DNA of 64,000 nt from Octopus vulgaris (taxonomy: Eukaryota): the NCBI GenBank assembly GCA_951406725.2, contig OX597815.1:1240001-1304000 (forward strand), in the 5' to 3' direction. Shown here piece by piece: positions 62,521 through 64,000 of this stretch. The position numbers and the translations under genes were made by a program. The notes below the pieces were generated by a model. That model was given only the letters and a program-made list of their open reading frames with translations, was not told the DNA's origin and made no database searches. The first letter of the stretch is position 1; each line of letters opens with the position of its first letter.

Positions 62521-64000
62521 TGTTTTATTTGTCTTCCAAACCCTAGTGTAGTCATGACAACTATAGTTTGTTATTAAATAACTCTAAATTATTAGATATT
62601 TTCAAAATTAATTAAGAAATAAGATACTGTGTAGACAATATCAAGTAAAAAAACAATGAATATTTGCTTATTCTTGACAAGTAAACTTCAATAATTTTGT
62701 GAAACCACAAAAATTCTTTGCTTGGACTTCAAACACTTTACATCTGTATCAGCTTTTTTATCATTTTTTCTTTGAGTTCATGGCTGTTTCCTGCACCGGT
62801 TTCGCATAGCCCCAGCCCATCCAAAGTACCTTGGATTGCAGAACAACCTGCTGTGCTTACCTTGGATCGTAGGGTGACCTGCTGTGCTTGAGGAGACCTA
62901 TTGAGTCAAGTACATCAACATCAAAATAAATATCAAATGGAAATTGTAGTCGTAACACCTGTGCCAGTGGCACATAAAAAGCATCATCCAAACGTGGCCG
63001 ATGCCAGTGCCACCTTGACTGGTTTCTGTGCCGATGACACCTAAAAAACATCAACCGATCGTGGCCGCTGCCACCCTCCCCTGGCACGTAAAAAGCACCC
63101 ACTACACTGACGGAGTGGTTGGCGTTAGGAGGGGCATCCAGCTGTAGAAACATTGCCAGATCAGACTAGAGCTTGGTGCAACCTCCTGGCTTCCCAGACC
63201 CCGGTCGAACCGTCCAACCCATGCTAGCATGGAAAATGGACGTTAAACGATGATGATGATGAAACCCTACTAACAAAATCATAATTCATTGAACACAAGG
63301 TATTTGGTCACCCTGTTGATGCTGGTGCCAGGTGAAATGCACTTGTGATGGTGCCACATAAAAAGTAGCCAATACCCTCTGTAAAGCGGTTGGCACCAGG
63401 AAGAACATCCAGCCATAGAAACCATGCCAAAGCAGACAAATGGAGTCTGGTATGGCTCTCAGCTCTGCCAGCCTCTGTCAACCCGTCCAACCGATGCCAG
63501 CATGGAAAGCAGATGTTGAATGAGGATGATGAGGGTAATGATTGATTCTTAATTTATAGACAGAGAACTATCATTTAATTGTGAGCTCATAAAGTCATTA
63601 CTAGTGATAACTAGATGTTGTTTTGTGGGAAAGCTAAAGTAGCAAGGTCATCATCATCATCGTTTAACGTCCACTTTCCATGCTAACATGGGTTGGACGG
63701 TTTGACTGAGGACTGGGGAACCAGATGGCTGCACCAGGCTCCAATCTTGATCTGGCAGAGTTTCTACAGCTGGATGCCCTTCCTAACGCCAACCACTCCG
63801 AGAGTAGCATTATAAAACTTCTTCCTACTCTGGTCACACACACGCATGTATGACCAGCTTCTTTCAGTTTCCATCTACCAAATTCACTCACAATGCTTTG
63901 GCTGGCCTGAGGTTACAGTAGAAGACACCGGCCCATGGTGTGATACAGTGAGACTGAACCCAAGACCACATGATTGGGAAGTAAGCTTCTTACCTGCGCA

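Overview
AT-rich, microsatellite-dense eukaryotic DNA. The SINE and RTE repeat families suggest a coleoid cephalopod, probably Octopus (inference). The only host gene I can support is a + strand PTPN13/FRMPD2-family gene: 19 GT-AG coding exons from ATG 25123 to 61648, joined with consistent intron phases into about 919 codons. It encodes KIND domain, Ser-rich linker with coiled coil, and FERM domain; PDZ/PTP domains would lie beyond the window. The rest is mobile DNA: RTE LINE remnants and many (GAT)n-tailed RTE 3' ends, three tRNA-headed SINE families, CR1-group and Tx1/L1-like LINE ends, a full-length DD37E (TRT-like) Tc1 relic, a DD37D (maT) relic, pogo-, piggyBac- and hAT-like MITEs, a short Helitron and two minisatellites. 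Most notable: four unrelated repeat families carry minimal type-I hammerhead ribozyme motifs, one fused behind a tRNA-derived Pol III head. There are also three local fold-back hairpins, a SINE flanked by a perfect 99-bp duplication, and inverted SINE pairs bracketing exons. Nearly all ORFs in the supplied track are spurious.
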